From a virus, in IMG/VR virus record IMGVR_UViG_3300045996_000592, positions 1-64,000 of that record: DNA of 64,000 nucleotides; one strand, written 5' to 3'. Numbering within the stretch: the first letter of the stretch is position 1; every line of letters begins with the position of its first letter. A program made the translations under genes and the position numbers. Positions 47,548 to 59,100 of the stretch are shown here, piece after piece. The notes under the pieces were generated by a model. That model saw nothing but the letters and a program-made list of their open reading frames with translations, did not search any database and was not told the origin of the DNA.

Positions 47548-50500
47548 AAGATGTGGAACTTGGTCTCCGTATCCAGGTTCAACCAGTCGTTATAGTTATG
47601 GATAAGGGGTAGCACATCCCGCCACTCCTTACTCATCTTACTCTGGTCTTTATAGGCGCCCTTCTGATAGATAGCGTCTTCTTCTGATTGGAACGGATAC
47701 TCTACTGTAGACATGATAGCTTCCGAGAAGTTCTTCAGGGTATTACTGATAGCTACCGGGTTCTTTACATACTCGTACATCTGTTTAACACCCAATACCG
47801 GATTAAAAGTAATAACTTCGGTACGTAACCTGTCCGTCTGGAATGACAGGAAGTGTACCAGTCTCTTGATACGATATTCATCATCAGGGATACCTTTAGC
47901 TAAATTACTGATCAGGGAATAAATGCCGAGTAAGGATATGATAAGTAGTATCTCCGAAAGATCCTGCATCAGGTTTTTCTTCTGTATGTCACTCATACTA
48001 CCCCACGCAGAAGTAACCCTTGACCAGTAACCGTCAAAATCACGGAGGGCTGAGAAGAACTTCACCGCTGTAACATATCTACCTTCGTACTCTCCCAGTG
48101 TCGCATGATCGTAACCACCGATAAACCGGGCGCGGAGAGCGGGGTAGATGTGTTTATGGAACTGTAATAACAGCTGTCCTACTGTATACTGCTGGAGCAT
48201 TACCCGGTCTTCCCAGGCATAGTTACCGTGGATGTGTTTATTTACCTCTTTGATATAGTTGGTGGCATTGAATTTCTCATCAGAAGACAGCTCAAACCCG
48301 TCTTTCAGTTTCAGCTCTCCGGTGTTCGGATTAAACTCGTAGGCATCATAGATAGACACCGACTCACCGGTCTTTTTATTCTTAATTTGGCGGGACATCA
48401 GTACCGCTAACCCTACCTTGCCTTGTACGTTATATTCACCGATCTCCTGACCAAGGTAAACCTTATCCATGAAGCTGACCCTACCCTGGTCCTCCTGCCA
48501 CTTGGTTATCATGTGGAAGCTGTCTATCAGGGCCTCTGCCTTACTGCCAGGTTTCCTGTTAGCGTAAGGGCCTTCTTTAGAGGAACCCAGTTTTTTAGCA
48601 AACCCGGGTAACAGTTCCGCGTTAAAGACTCCTTCCGCCCGGAAATAACTCTTACGGGAGAAGTACTTGTTAGCAGCCATCTCCAGCAGGTTATTCAACC
48701 TACCCATCGTGTAGTTGTTCAGGTTACCCTTGATGTTCAGGCCCACACCACGAAGAGACGTGATATTCTGTATCCTCTTAGCGATAATCTCCATCTGGGA
48801 GTGGGTCATAGTCTTATCGTTATAGAAGACCATGCTCAGGTAGGCGTTCAGGCGCTTTACCGTGTTCGGTAACTTGGTGTTCTTGTTCTTGGGGTCGTAG
48901 ATATAGGCCGGCTCGTCAGAACCTGCCTTGGTGATCACCTTCCCGGTAGCTGTTTTCTGGTAGTACTTACGGTTGATTACTGCGTCCTTGAGCGCCATGA
49001 TCTCCCCCTCTACTGCGGAAAGGTGAAGGAAGTTCTCGGCCATATCGGAGAACGCCAACATCTGTTTGAAGACATCCGTCTCCAGCTCAGAGTTCAGGGG
49101 TTTGGTGTTCTCCAGTCTTAGCTGCTCATTCAACTTCTTCCTCTCAGCCCTATATTCTTTCTGGCTGATCTTACCCTGTGCCTTCTGTTCGGCCAGCTCT
49201 TGTATTTTCTTCTGAAGGTTTTCCACCTTTTTCTGATTACGGAGATCCCCCATGTAGAGTTTGGGGATGACCTGCCGGGCGTTACCGGCCTCATCCGTAA
49301 CACGGGTAGAGCTAAAAGTCGTCGGGGTAAAGGAGTTGGTTATCCCACGTTTTACTACTGTCCACAGACCCTCGTTACGGGCTTGCTGTGTGAAGTTGGA
49401 CTGAAGGGTCATAAGACTTCCCTTTTTCAACCAGCGCTGCGCCGAAGGACCCATCCGGTTCGTATAACCCCCAATGATATCCATGTAGGCATTATATATC
49501 TCCTTCTGGAGTTTTCCGAGTTCTGAGGTCTGCCCCTGCAGGTCAACGTAACGCTTGTTACGCATGTCCTTACCCTTGGCTGAAAACTCCCTGATCTCGA
49601 TATGATCACGGTTCGGGAACCACCCGGTACGACGGGTAACAATACCAATTGGTTCTTTGGTTGTCCAGTCTTTGGCCATTTCCCAGTACTCCACGTATTC
49701 CTGGTATTTACGACGGAAAGAAGTATGTTCTGCCTCCGTGACATCAGGACGTTTTATCCATCTGCCGTTAATAAATTCTTCTACTTTACCTCTGGCGTCC
49801 TTGTATTCCTGTGTGTACTTATGATACTCGCCATCTTCGTAGGTCTCCCCGTTAGTGGACTCGGCTTCAGTGAATTTACGGACACGTTCCTTGATCTTGT
49901 ATAACTTACGGTTGTACTCAAGGTCTTTTGGATCAGCTGTGTGGATATCTGTTATCTGGATATATTCCATCAGTTTACCGTCATCGGTCCTTAACGCTGA
50001 ATACACCTCATCCCGGAGTTTCCAGTAATCCTGGGATATTTTCTGGAGCAGCCTAGTAGGGTTACCCTTGGCATCCAGCTCATACATGAAGTTAAAAGAG
50101 TCCTTATTCAGTTTACCTGCGAGTTTGGCGTAACGGTTACCTAACTGTTTGATACGTTCCTGTACGCCTTCCCGGGCCTCCTTACTGGTGAACATGGCCT
50201 TCTTGACACGGGTGTCGATAATACCCAGGAGTTTATCACGGGAACCGGCCAGGTCAGACGCCACATACTCGTGGAACTCTATGTCCTGGGCAGCCTCCAT
50301 CAGGTCTTCTATCTCCTTAGGGGTAAGATCAGGGTTTTGGTCTGATATCTTCTTGGTGACATACGTCCACGACTGCCGGGTGATATCATCGTTCAGGTTC
50401 TCCAGTGAGTCCAGCAGGTCTTCCAGCATCTTCTTCTGGTCATCGGTAACAAGGCCCCGGATCTTGGCAATACCCAGGTAGGAATCATTGAACTTGGCCA

Positions 50501-52025
50501 CCTCATCCAATATATGGTAATACTCCGGGCGGTCGTAGTTCTTCGGGTTATTTATAAACGCTGATATAATATTGGTCTCTTCCTGCGCGTAACGAATAAA
50601 CCTGCCATAAGCTGCTAACAGCCCACCCTTTTGTGTACGGAGCTCCGCTATGTCTGAGAGTAGTTCGTGTATCTTACTGATGGTCTCCTTACGTGGTATC
50701 AGGTTAGCCGAGTCTTCTGCCAGTGACTTGAAATAACCCAGACGGTCCTTGAAAATCTTCTCGATGTCATCCAGTGTGACAGAGAGTTTTTCTACCTGTG
50801 ACGCTGGTAACTCCGGCTCATCTGCTGTTACCTGTTCTTCCGAGAAAAACGTGCGGCTCTGGTAGTTATTATCCTTACCCCCGGTTGGTTCTTCAGATAT
50901 CACTTTGTTGATAAATTCTTCGTTAGCGCTGATCTCATGGATAATAACACCTTCTGTACCGAAGTCCTGTACCAGCTGCTCTACTTCTTCCCCCATTTTC
51001 AAGAGGATGTGGTAAGTCTCCGGCTCTTCAACATCAAGGTATCCCTGTAGCTGTATCAGTTTTGTGTAAACACCTACCTGTATACCTTGCTTCTGTACAC
51101 GATTAAGAACGCCACCGATACGGGAACCTTCCTTCACAGGATAAGCTGTGAACGCCTGGTTACTCTTTACCGAGTTCTTGGATGTCTTAAGGTCAATGAC
51201 CTTTATCCTCCCTTCAGGGCTGATCTTCACTATATCCATACTGCCGGCCACCCCTGATTTAGGATCACCAAGGGCTACCTGTGTCAAAAGTACAGAACCA
51301 TCCTTGGTCAGGTCTTCTACCAGCGCGGTAAAAAAGTCGTAGAACTTCTTACGTAAGGGCTCATTAAGAGCGGGGACGTCTGGTATCTCTTCCCCTTTTA
51401 TCACCGCCTGCAGGATACGGTCTATTGCGGTACCTATCTGGCGGGTGTGTTCGTACTGGGGTAATTGCTCCCCCTTACCTTCGATAGCCGTCGTAACCGA
51501 GGTGTATTCATTACCTTCAGAGTCAAAATAGACATGGCTCTCCGGTTCGAGGAATACAGGGTTCTTTGGGTTCAGTACCAGGTCATCTATGATCTGCTGC
51601 TGGACATGATTAGCCTGGCTCTGCTGGTATTTAGTATCTGCCTTCTTCTCTTCAGACAGGATCTCTGATACATTCTTTGGTAGTAGTTCCTTAGAGAGGA
51701 TAATATTCCGGAAGATATTAAACCGGGGTTCCCCGTTCTCATCCAACGTCATTTGTTTACGAAAGTCATTAAAGGAACTGAACTGCTCTTCCCACTCAGG
51801 GGTATAGGCCATAGACCACAGCCCTACAGCTATCTCGGGATCTGTCTTTCCCTTTATCGAACCATCCGACAGACGTTCCTGTAAGTACGGAACCTGTTCT
51901 ATGATGTCATCCAGCTTCTGGTTCTTCAGGAACTCAAGGAAATCACTATAGAGTATAGACGGTTGTTGGTTAGGCGCCAGTACTTTTTCTATCTTATTAT
52001 CTTTACGGTGGAGTTGACAGGTCAC
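47544..52025 (-). CDS. Large crAss-like virion cargo/ejection protein with PD-(D/E)xK domain
   Basis: TSVTT, GTAID, AGSMD..., VIDLKTS, Q...Y; C-terminal hydrophobic helix; downstream of the vRNAP. Confidence 0.8.
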   Translation of the reverse strand: MTCQLHRKDNKIEKVLAPNQQPSILYSDFLEFLKNQKLDDIIEQVPYLQERLSDGSIKGKTDPEIAVGLWSMAYTPEWEEQFSSFNDFRKQMTLDENGEPRFNIFRNIILSKELLPKNVSEILSEEKKADTKYQQSQANHVQQQIIDDLVLNPKNPVFLEPESHVYFDSEGNEYTSVTTAIEGKGEQLPQYEHTRQIGTAIDRILQAVIKGEEIPDVPALNEPLRKKFYDFFTALVEDLTKDGSVLLTQVALGDPKSGVAGSMDIVKISPEGRIKVIDLKTSKNSVKSNQAFTAYPVKEGSRIGGVLNRVQKQGIQVGVYTKLIQLQGYLDVEEPETYHILLKMGEEVEQLVQDFGTEGVIIHEISANEEFINKVISEEPTGGKDNNYQSRTFFSEEQVTADEPELPASQVEKLSVTLDDIEKIFKDRLGYFKSLAEDSANLIPRKETISKIHELLSDIAELRTQKGGLLAAYGRFIRYAQEETNIISAFINNPKNYDRPEYYHILDEVAKFNDSYLGIAKIRGLVTDDQKKMLEDLLDSLENLNDDITRQSWTYVTKKISDQNPDLTPKEIEDLMEAAQDIEFHEYVASDLAGSRDKLLGIIDTRVKKAMFTSKEAREGVQERIKQLGNRYAKLAGKLNKDSFNFMYELDAKGNPTRLLQKISQDYWKLRDEVYSALRTDDGKLMEYIQITDIHTADPKDLEYNRKLYKIKERVRKFTEAESTNGETYEDGEYHKYTQEYKDARGKVEEFINGRWIKRPDVTEAEHTSFRRKYQEYVEYWEMAKDWTTKEPIGIVTRRTGWFPNRDHIEIREFSAKGKDMRNKRYVDLQGQTSELGKLQKEIYNAYMDIIGGYTNRMGPSAQRWLKKGSLMTLQSNFTQQARNEGLWTVVKRGITNSFTPTTFSSTRVTDEAGNARQVIPKLYMGDLRNQKKVENLQKKIQELAEQKAQGKISQKEYRAERKKLNEQLRLENTKPLNSELETDVFKQMLAFSDMAENFLHLSAVEGEIMALKDAVINRKYYQKTATGKVITKAGSDEPAYIYDPKNKNTKLPNTVKRLNAYLSMVFYNDKTMTHSQMEIIAKRIQNITSLRGVGLNIKGNLNNYTMGRLNNLLEMAANKYFSRKSYFRAEGVFNAELLPGFAKKLGSSKEGPYANRKPGSKAEALIDSFHMITKWQEDQGRVSFMDKVYLGQEIGEYNVQGKVGLAVLMSRQIKNKKTGESVSIYDAYEFNPNTGELKLKDGFELSSDEKFNATNYIKEVNKHIHGNYAWEDRVMLQQYTVGQLLLQFHKHIYPALRARFIGGYDHATLGEYEGRYVTAVKFFSALRDFDGYWSRVTSAWGSMSDIQKKNLMQDLSEILLIISLLGIYSLISNLAKGIPDDEYRIKRLVHFLSFQTDRLRTEVITFNPVLGVKQMYEYVKNPVAISNTLKNFSEAIMSTVEYPFQSEEDAIYQKGAYKDQSKMSKEWRDVLPLIHNYNDWLNLDTETKFHIF

Positions 52026-53176
52026 GCGCAGGTGTTATTTAAAGGGTTATTAGTAGTAAATGTGAAGGTTGGTGAATCTTCTGACTGATAGTAAAGAGTA
52101 CCCGGACGAGCTTCATCAGGTGTGGTCGTACCTTCTTCTGTTAGTGTCTTGATCCTATCAATGACCCTTGCAGCTAACCTATCCGGTTTACTCTTAAAGA
52201 CATCAACCAGAAACTTCATGAGCTTTCCCAGGAACGTCCGGGAAGAAGTAGGTTTCCTGTCTTTAGTGCCGGCGCGTAACTCGTTCTCGGTGAACGTCCC
52301 GAATATGTCCTGCTGGATCATCATTCGGATATACTCATCCACTATAGTCTCAGGGTTGTCGTTATGACTTCTGTAAATACTTTTGATATAACGGATCTCA
52401 TCACGGCTGAGTTCTTTATAGATCTGGTCCATCTCCTCACTGGTAACAAGAGATAAAGCAGCCAGGTGGATAAGCTCTTCACTCAGTATGATCTCAACCC
52501 CCTTGATAAAATCTTCAGCAGACTCAAACCGGTACAAGGACGGCATAAAAATCTGATGGATATTAATAAAGAGGTTCCTCTCGGTTACGTAAACACCCGG
52601 TTTATTATGAGCATTCTCTATTCTAATATAGTTCCTACCAACCATCCCTCTCTGTTCGAGAGCTGCTGCCAGTCTTCCCACGAAGTTATCCCCCTGCTCT
52701 GTAAGCCGGGAAGCAATAAAACATCCGATAGCGAACCGAGACTCAAACTGGTCACGGTCAGGGGAGTTGTAAAGTTCCTCAAGTGTTCTTCCCAGAACTT
52801 CTTCGAGACGGGAACTATCCGGTGAACCGCTAAATCGTTCAGTAATAGCCTGGTTCCTCTCCCGCTCGTCTTCGGGGAGGGCAATTCGTGTATTACCAGA
52901 AGTTCCGGAAAGGAGTAGAAACTTAGAATCTTTTGATAGTTCCGAGAGCACTCCTCCTGCTGTTCTGTTATAAGTTTGTCGAGTTCGTTCATCTACTTCG
53001 AAGTTAATGTTTTTAATCTTACCTGAGTCAGAGAAGTCTGAGGCCAATTTACCTTGGCGATAACGAGAAGGATCAGGTATATCCCCCTTTATCAGGAACT
53101 CCCGGTACGCCTCAGTGAGGCCAATCTTATTTACTAACTCAGACCACCACGGGTTTGACACGTTAGGACACTTCAT
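52022..53176 (-). CDS. Cargo protein with zincin-like EExxH motif
   Basis: MKCPN N-terminus; ILSEELIHL..., downstream DEY. Confidence 0.7.
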   Translation of the reverse strand: MKCPNVSNPWWSELVNKIGLTEAYREFLIKGDIPDPSRYRQGKLASDFSDSGKIKNINFEVDERTRQTYNRTAGGVLSELSKDSKFLLLSGTSGNTRIALPEDERERNQAITERFSGSPDSSRLEEVLGRTLEELYNSPDRDQFESRFAIGCFIASRLTEQGDNFVGRLAAALEQRGMVGRNYIRIENAHNKPGVYVTERNLFINIHQIFMPSLYRFESAEDFIKGVEIILSEELIHLAALSLVTSEEMDQIYKELSRDEIRYIKSIYRSHNDNPETIVDEYIRMMIQQDIFGTFTENELRAGTKDRKPTSSRTFLGKLMKFLVDVFKSKPDRLAARVIDRIKTLTEEGTTTPDEARPGTLYYQSEDSPTFTFTTNNPLNNTCA

Positions 53177-53190
53177 TATACGATAGGGGT

Positions 53191-56100
53191 TTATTTAGTT
53201 AGTCCGCAAGCCCTTAACCCGTCCTGTACTTCTTTATCAGACGGGACAGCCGGTTGGTTACCTAAGTTACCTTTTTTATTAAAATATTCCAAGACCTCGG
53301 ATGGTAACATCGGTTTTCCCATGAGATCTGAATGGGCCGGATCTACCTGGATGTTTTTACCATCCCTCATGTAGAACCATCCTATTCCGAAGGTGTAGGT
53401 ACTTACGACATCATAATTATTCTTGAGTTCGGATACCGGGTTTTGCTGAGAACTATATTCAGCTGCCTCCAGTTCATACATTTTGGAGTCACCGAGGAAA
53501 GAAGGGCTATCCAGCTCACCAATGTTATTATCAACCCCACGTTTTATCAATAGCTGGGAAGTTGTAGGAAGTTCACCGAACATCCGGCCAAGACGCCACT
53601 GTTTGTTACTCCCTTCCGGCTCAAACCTTTTGTAGACCGCCCTGACACCACGAGCCATAACCTCACCGAGCTGGATAAAAGAGTGTGGGTCACTCAACCC
53701 CTCGTTCTCCTTACCTTCAAGGGATTCGAGGATATAATACTCATGACGACTAAAGGGTCCACCACCTGCCTTCATTTTGAAGACATAGGGAAACAGTACT
53801 TCTGTCTTACCGCGTTCTATCATCTGGAATTCAGGATTATCCTCAACAACCCTAGCCTCGGTACGGTAGAACCCGAACCCTCTAGCTTCGATCATCTGTT
53901 TATTCCTGACCAGCATATGGTTCTCTTCAGAACTGAACTTTGAAGGACTGTACTTCTTACGGATACCACCGAACAGATCTATTGTTATGGTATTTCCGGT
54001 ACCACCCTCACCTTCGACCTTGAACGACTCGGCAGCTGTATATTCATCTACAACCTTAATACCGGTAGCTGTAAACTTAGGTGTGCCGTTCTTACGGAAC
54101 ATAATGTCAAAACTCGAACCTGAGTTCGTCATATAGTAGGTCATAAACTCATTGAAGAGCTCCGCCTGCCCGATACCAAACACATTTTCATAATCTTCGT
54201 CGGACCTACGGGTCTTCATCAGGTCATTAGCCAACCCTGTAGCACTCAACAGGTCACGGAACATAAAGGTTGGGATGAACTTTATAAAGCTGCCGGAACG
54301 GTACATACCACCGTCTTTTACTAATAAGTAGTGGAACAGGGCTGTAGCTACTTCTCTGCCGGAGAACTTATTACCGTTCTTGTCGGTAAACTTCTCCCTG
54401 GTTTGGTAGAGGTCCGTAAAGCTGTCCTGTAATTTGTTTACCTGATACTCGGATAGTTTGGCCCAGGTGTTCGTATCCAGTTTCGTGATCCCGTCCCTGT
54501 TGATCCTGGACGGGACAATCTCCCCGGTCACCGTGGTTTCACTGGTCGGGATAAGATGTAAGAAGTTATTTACAAGATAGTTACTCTTCTTTCCTGTCAA
54601 CCCGGACCTCACCATGTTCACAATGTCTGCTATATGGTTGTAGCCTGTGTCAGCCGTATCATATATAAGACGGTTATCCAGGCTGTTCAACGCGGAGATC
54701 CGACCTTTATCCTTCAGCATCTGTTGATAGGCCTTGATACCAAGGTAGGAAACAAGGTTATCCCTGAGGGTAGACTCAAAGCGCTCCTTGTTGAATCTGT
54801 CCGGCTCACTCAGGTTAGCCTTCACGATACCCTTGATGCGGTTAAACACGTCGGTCTTCTCAAGGAACATACTCTTCTCGAGTTCTTCCAGCTGGCCTAG
54901 TATCTGTATGTAGGCACTCATGAACAGATGATGAGGCAACTCCGGGTCTCTGCCAGTCAATACCTGCCTGAGGTCAAACGGTACAGGGGCCTTAGAGAAC
55001 TCTTCGTTAGTCATCATTAACCCGAGCTCTGTTATATTATCTTTTATCTTATCAACATCTTCGAATGATGTACCCAGCCCTTTAGTAAGTTTCAGTACCT
55101 GCGCCACCTTATTATAGTAGATCGTCTGTTTAACGACACCTTCGAATGTCTTCAGAGCAGCATACTCAGATAACTCGGAGGGGCTTTTCAGGTTCTCTAT
55201 CAGGAGATCATCCGTAATATTCGGTATATCTTCTTCAGGCACCTCACTAAACCGGGACCTGAGTTCCGTGAACACGGCCTCCGCCTTCACCTTCTTCTCA
55301 TCTGAACGGGTCACCGCTGATTTATTCAGCAGCGTCTTGGCAAAATACTCCTGTACTATGGGTTGGCGTATTAACAACAGCGCGGTTTTTAGGGGAACAC
55401 CCTGGGCGATCATGTTCGCCACATAACCGGTGGCACTGATATTCAACCCCAGCAGGGCGGCCAGGCGTTCCTTGGCGTTATCTGTCATTACTGATACAAG
55501 GTCAGATATCTGTTTGTTGATACGCTCCCCGTCAAACATACCGGTCTCAGGGTTGTAGGAGTGATAATTCGTGTAACCGGCACCTATTACCCGGTCACCC
55601 ATCCGGAACTTGAAGAACGGCACTTCCGCACCCTGATCGTTAATATAAGAGTCACGGATTTCCACCCCATAAGTACTCAGCAGGGAGTAGGTAAGCATGG
55701 CGTTTACAGCCGGACCGATGTTAGTGGCCCCTTCCTTGTTATTCTTGAAGGCATAATACTTACCCAGAAGTGAGTTGACATCCGAGGTAGCCTCTGTAAA
55801 GTACTTCTCGGCCGGCGTACCTTTGAATATCTCCTGGAACTCTTTCAGTATATCCTTGAAGCTGTCGATACCTGCCGTCTGGAATGCGATCGGTTTATTT
55901 CCCGTTACCATGTGACTGTTACCCAACAGGGCTATCTTCTGCTGTAATATCCTGTTATTCAGTACACCGTTATTGAGTTCCTTGTTAAGGGTAGCCTCCC
56001 TGTATTCTTCAGAAGAATCAGGAAGACCCATCTCCCTTAGCGCCTGAGCCTCTAACATCACATTAAGGTCGTGTACTAATTCGTTAGCCTCAGTAACTTC

Positions 56101-59100
56101 TTCTGATAATTCTACCTGTGCCTGCTTAAGATCACGTGCAGACCACTTGAATAAAGAGTCGTACTTACCGTCATCATTGGTTATCCATTTAAGATCTTCC
56201 AGTTGGGTACGTAATTCAGACTTTTTGTCAAGAAGAGACCTGAGATTTTCCTGCGCCTCCTTGTAGTGAGGGTCTGTTTTTTTAAGGATGTTGATAATAT
56301 CAGAGTATCTTCTGTTATTCTTCTTCAGCCATACTTTATACTCGTCGAACTTCTCCTGTGGAGTAACAGCTGACCCGAACGGTTGTAGCTTACCACCCTT
56401 CTTATAGAAGACCTCGGGCCAGTGGATATATAGCTTATCTATATCGAAGTCAGCTCCGGATATCTCAATCAGTTCATGTGGGAATACCGCGGACGAACCG
56501 TAGTACTCAGGTATGAAGTCCACCAGCTTCAGGTTAACGAAGGAGTGTTTATCCTGTGACGGGATACGCACACCAAACATCTTGGTCAGGAACTCCGGTA
56601 TCTTCTCCTCAGGTAAGAGTTTCAATAGGTCTTCATACATCGGCGGCATCATGAACTCGGTATAATATCCTGTGATATTACCCCGCTCGTCATACTCAGT
56701 TACGTTATGTCTCAGGTCATCTATAAAGAAATCCCCCTCCTCAATCGGTTCTTCAAACACCCGGTCGTAAGGATTATTGTACTTCTTGGCAGACTTGTAG
56801 TATTCCGGATTCTTGGACAGGTATTTCTCCTGTTCACTCCTGCGAACGATCCTGCTCCTTAACGGCCGGCCGGAACTATCCCTCTCGGAAGTGAGCGCCT
56901 GGCGTACAACCCTTGTACCGTAATTACTTACCAGCGCCACGGAAGTACCGGGCACCTTCTCACTCATCACCCCTTTCGAGAAATAGGCCAGGAATAACTG
57001 GGTATATTTCTTCAGGGTGATCGGGTTGTTCAGGTTGTATAACGGCTGACCGTCCTTTACCTCAAACAGCTCTATCAGCTGGTTATCTGCACCAGACGCT
57101 TTCAGGGTCTCAACAGCACGTTCCTGGAACGCAGCCAGTTTAGGGGTAACACTACCTGACCGGATAGAAGTACCCAGTTCCGTCATAGCCTGGTCGATAT
57201 CAAAGATGTCGTTCCTGGCCTGGTAGAAGTTGTTACTTACCCTGTTAGATGTATCTGAAAGATACATCTCCCGTATACGCCCCACAGTCCACGGGTTACC
57301 ATCACCATCAGTCTCTACCCCCATGAAGTTAACAAGGGTATCATCTGCCTGCTCAGACATGATGACGTGCTTGGCCTGTGTGGGATCGGTTATCTTTACC
57401 TTGTTAGACGGGTTCTCCAGCTGTAACCTCATATACCGGGCCGGCCTGCTCATAAAGTAACGGGACACATCCCCGTTCTTCAGGTGGGCGGCAGAGTCGG
57501 CAGCGTTCCTCTTTATAGCCTTGGCAGTAGTCAGGTCCCCAACGAACGATATCTGTTCCGGATTCTCTGCTTCCGCCTTATCCATAGCCTCCCTCAGGTC
57601 ATGGAGTTCCTCCATACCCGGGCGGGAGTGCCACCTGCCTTCTTTATCTTTAAATGATGTATACTGCTTGGACAGGAAGAACACCGACATCTTGTCATAA
57701 TCTACCCCGTCATAATACACCAGCTTCTGAGAGTTTAGCATCCTTCCTTCTGCTATTAATCCCGACTTACCGAATATCTCCCGGTCTTGGGGGTTGAGGG
57801 GGGTACCGGCTTCCATCTTGTCAAGCACCTTAGCAAGGGTTGGGGTGAGTTTACCCAAGGCGAACGCAGTATACCGGGCAGCCTTTATAGAACCGTACAT
57901 CTGTCCGTCCGCTATCTTACCGTCTTCTTTACCATACGTAGCCTTGAACTTCTGGCTCTTGATGTGTGCTACCTGGATGCTCACGTTCTTATGGTGGATA
58001 CCCAGTGATGGCGCTGTAAAAATACTTTCGATAGAAGGGCCCGAACCGTTGGCGCCCTTGGCCCTCTTAACAGCGTCCACGGCATCTTTCAGGGAACGGG
58101 ACTCATCCCCCAGTAACAGCTGGTTCATGGCCAGTGTATTCAGGTAGTCGTTCAGGAATATCTGAGCTACATTATGCTCTATATCCCCCTCGATCATATT
58201 CAGACCGTAGTCTTTATCTTCGTTCCCGAAACCCTTCTCGATAAAACCACCTAAAAGGTTATTCTGGTAGGAACCATCTTCGTTCTTCGTTATAATCTTA
58301 CCATCTTGTAGTTCCTGTAAAAACCCGTCAACCTGGCTTCTGAAGTAGGTACGCAGTTGTTTTAATACAGTATTCTTATCTAGCTTATACTCGGGATCGG
58401 CAGCAGATGACTCTATTTCAGCAGCCAGCTCACCGAGGGCAGCCCTCATCTGGTAAAAACGCTCACCGCGACCGGGGACCTTCTGGCCATCCTTCGTCTC
58501 GTAATGATAACCTTCGATATAACCTTCAGGGTATACAGCGGTCTCATTCTGTTCCTTTACCCTGCGGATACGGTCAAACTCCCTTACCACCTCGTTATAC
58601 AAGAGGTTCAGGGTGTCTTCGGTTATTTTCAGCTTACCGTTTACTTTAGATACGGTACGGATAACCGGTAACTTAACAAGATCCCCGGTAGAAGAGGCTT
58701 CCAGTACCCGGATAAGGTGCCGGGCCGTCCAGAATGTTTCATCAGCGATCTTTATCTTTTTGTCAGACTCCAGCCCCTGGTAGAGGTTCATCGTATAGAT
58801 GAGGAACTCCCTGGGGCCGAAACTACCATAAGACACCCCGTCGATCTGGTTGACTTCCAGTAGCTTATTCACTCCGCCATCATCATCTATTTTCTCGACC
58901 TTCAGACCATCCGCCCGCACCACATTAAAACCGCCAGTAGCCTGTACCTTGTGCAGGTTGTCTAGTAAGATATTATTCTTCAGGAACGGGTCCTCTTTCA
59001 GTTTATCTATCTCTGAAGACTCGTTAAAGTCTGTTATCCGGTCAAGGTGGTAGGAGGCGTTCTGGAAATCCCAGACAAGCTCTCCTTCCGCGTTCTTCCA

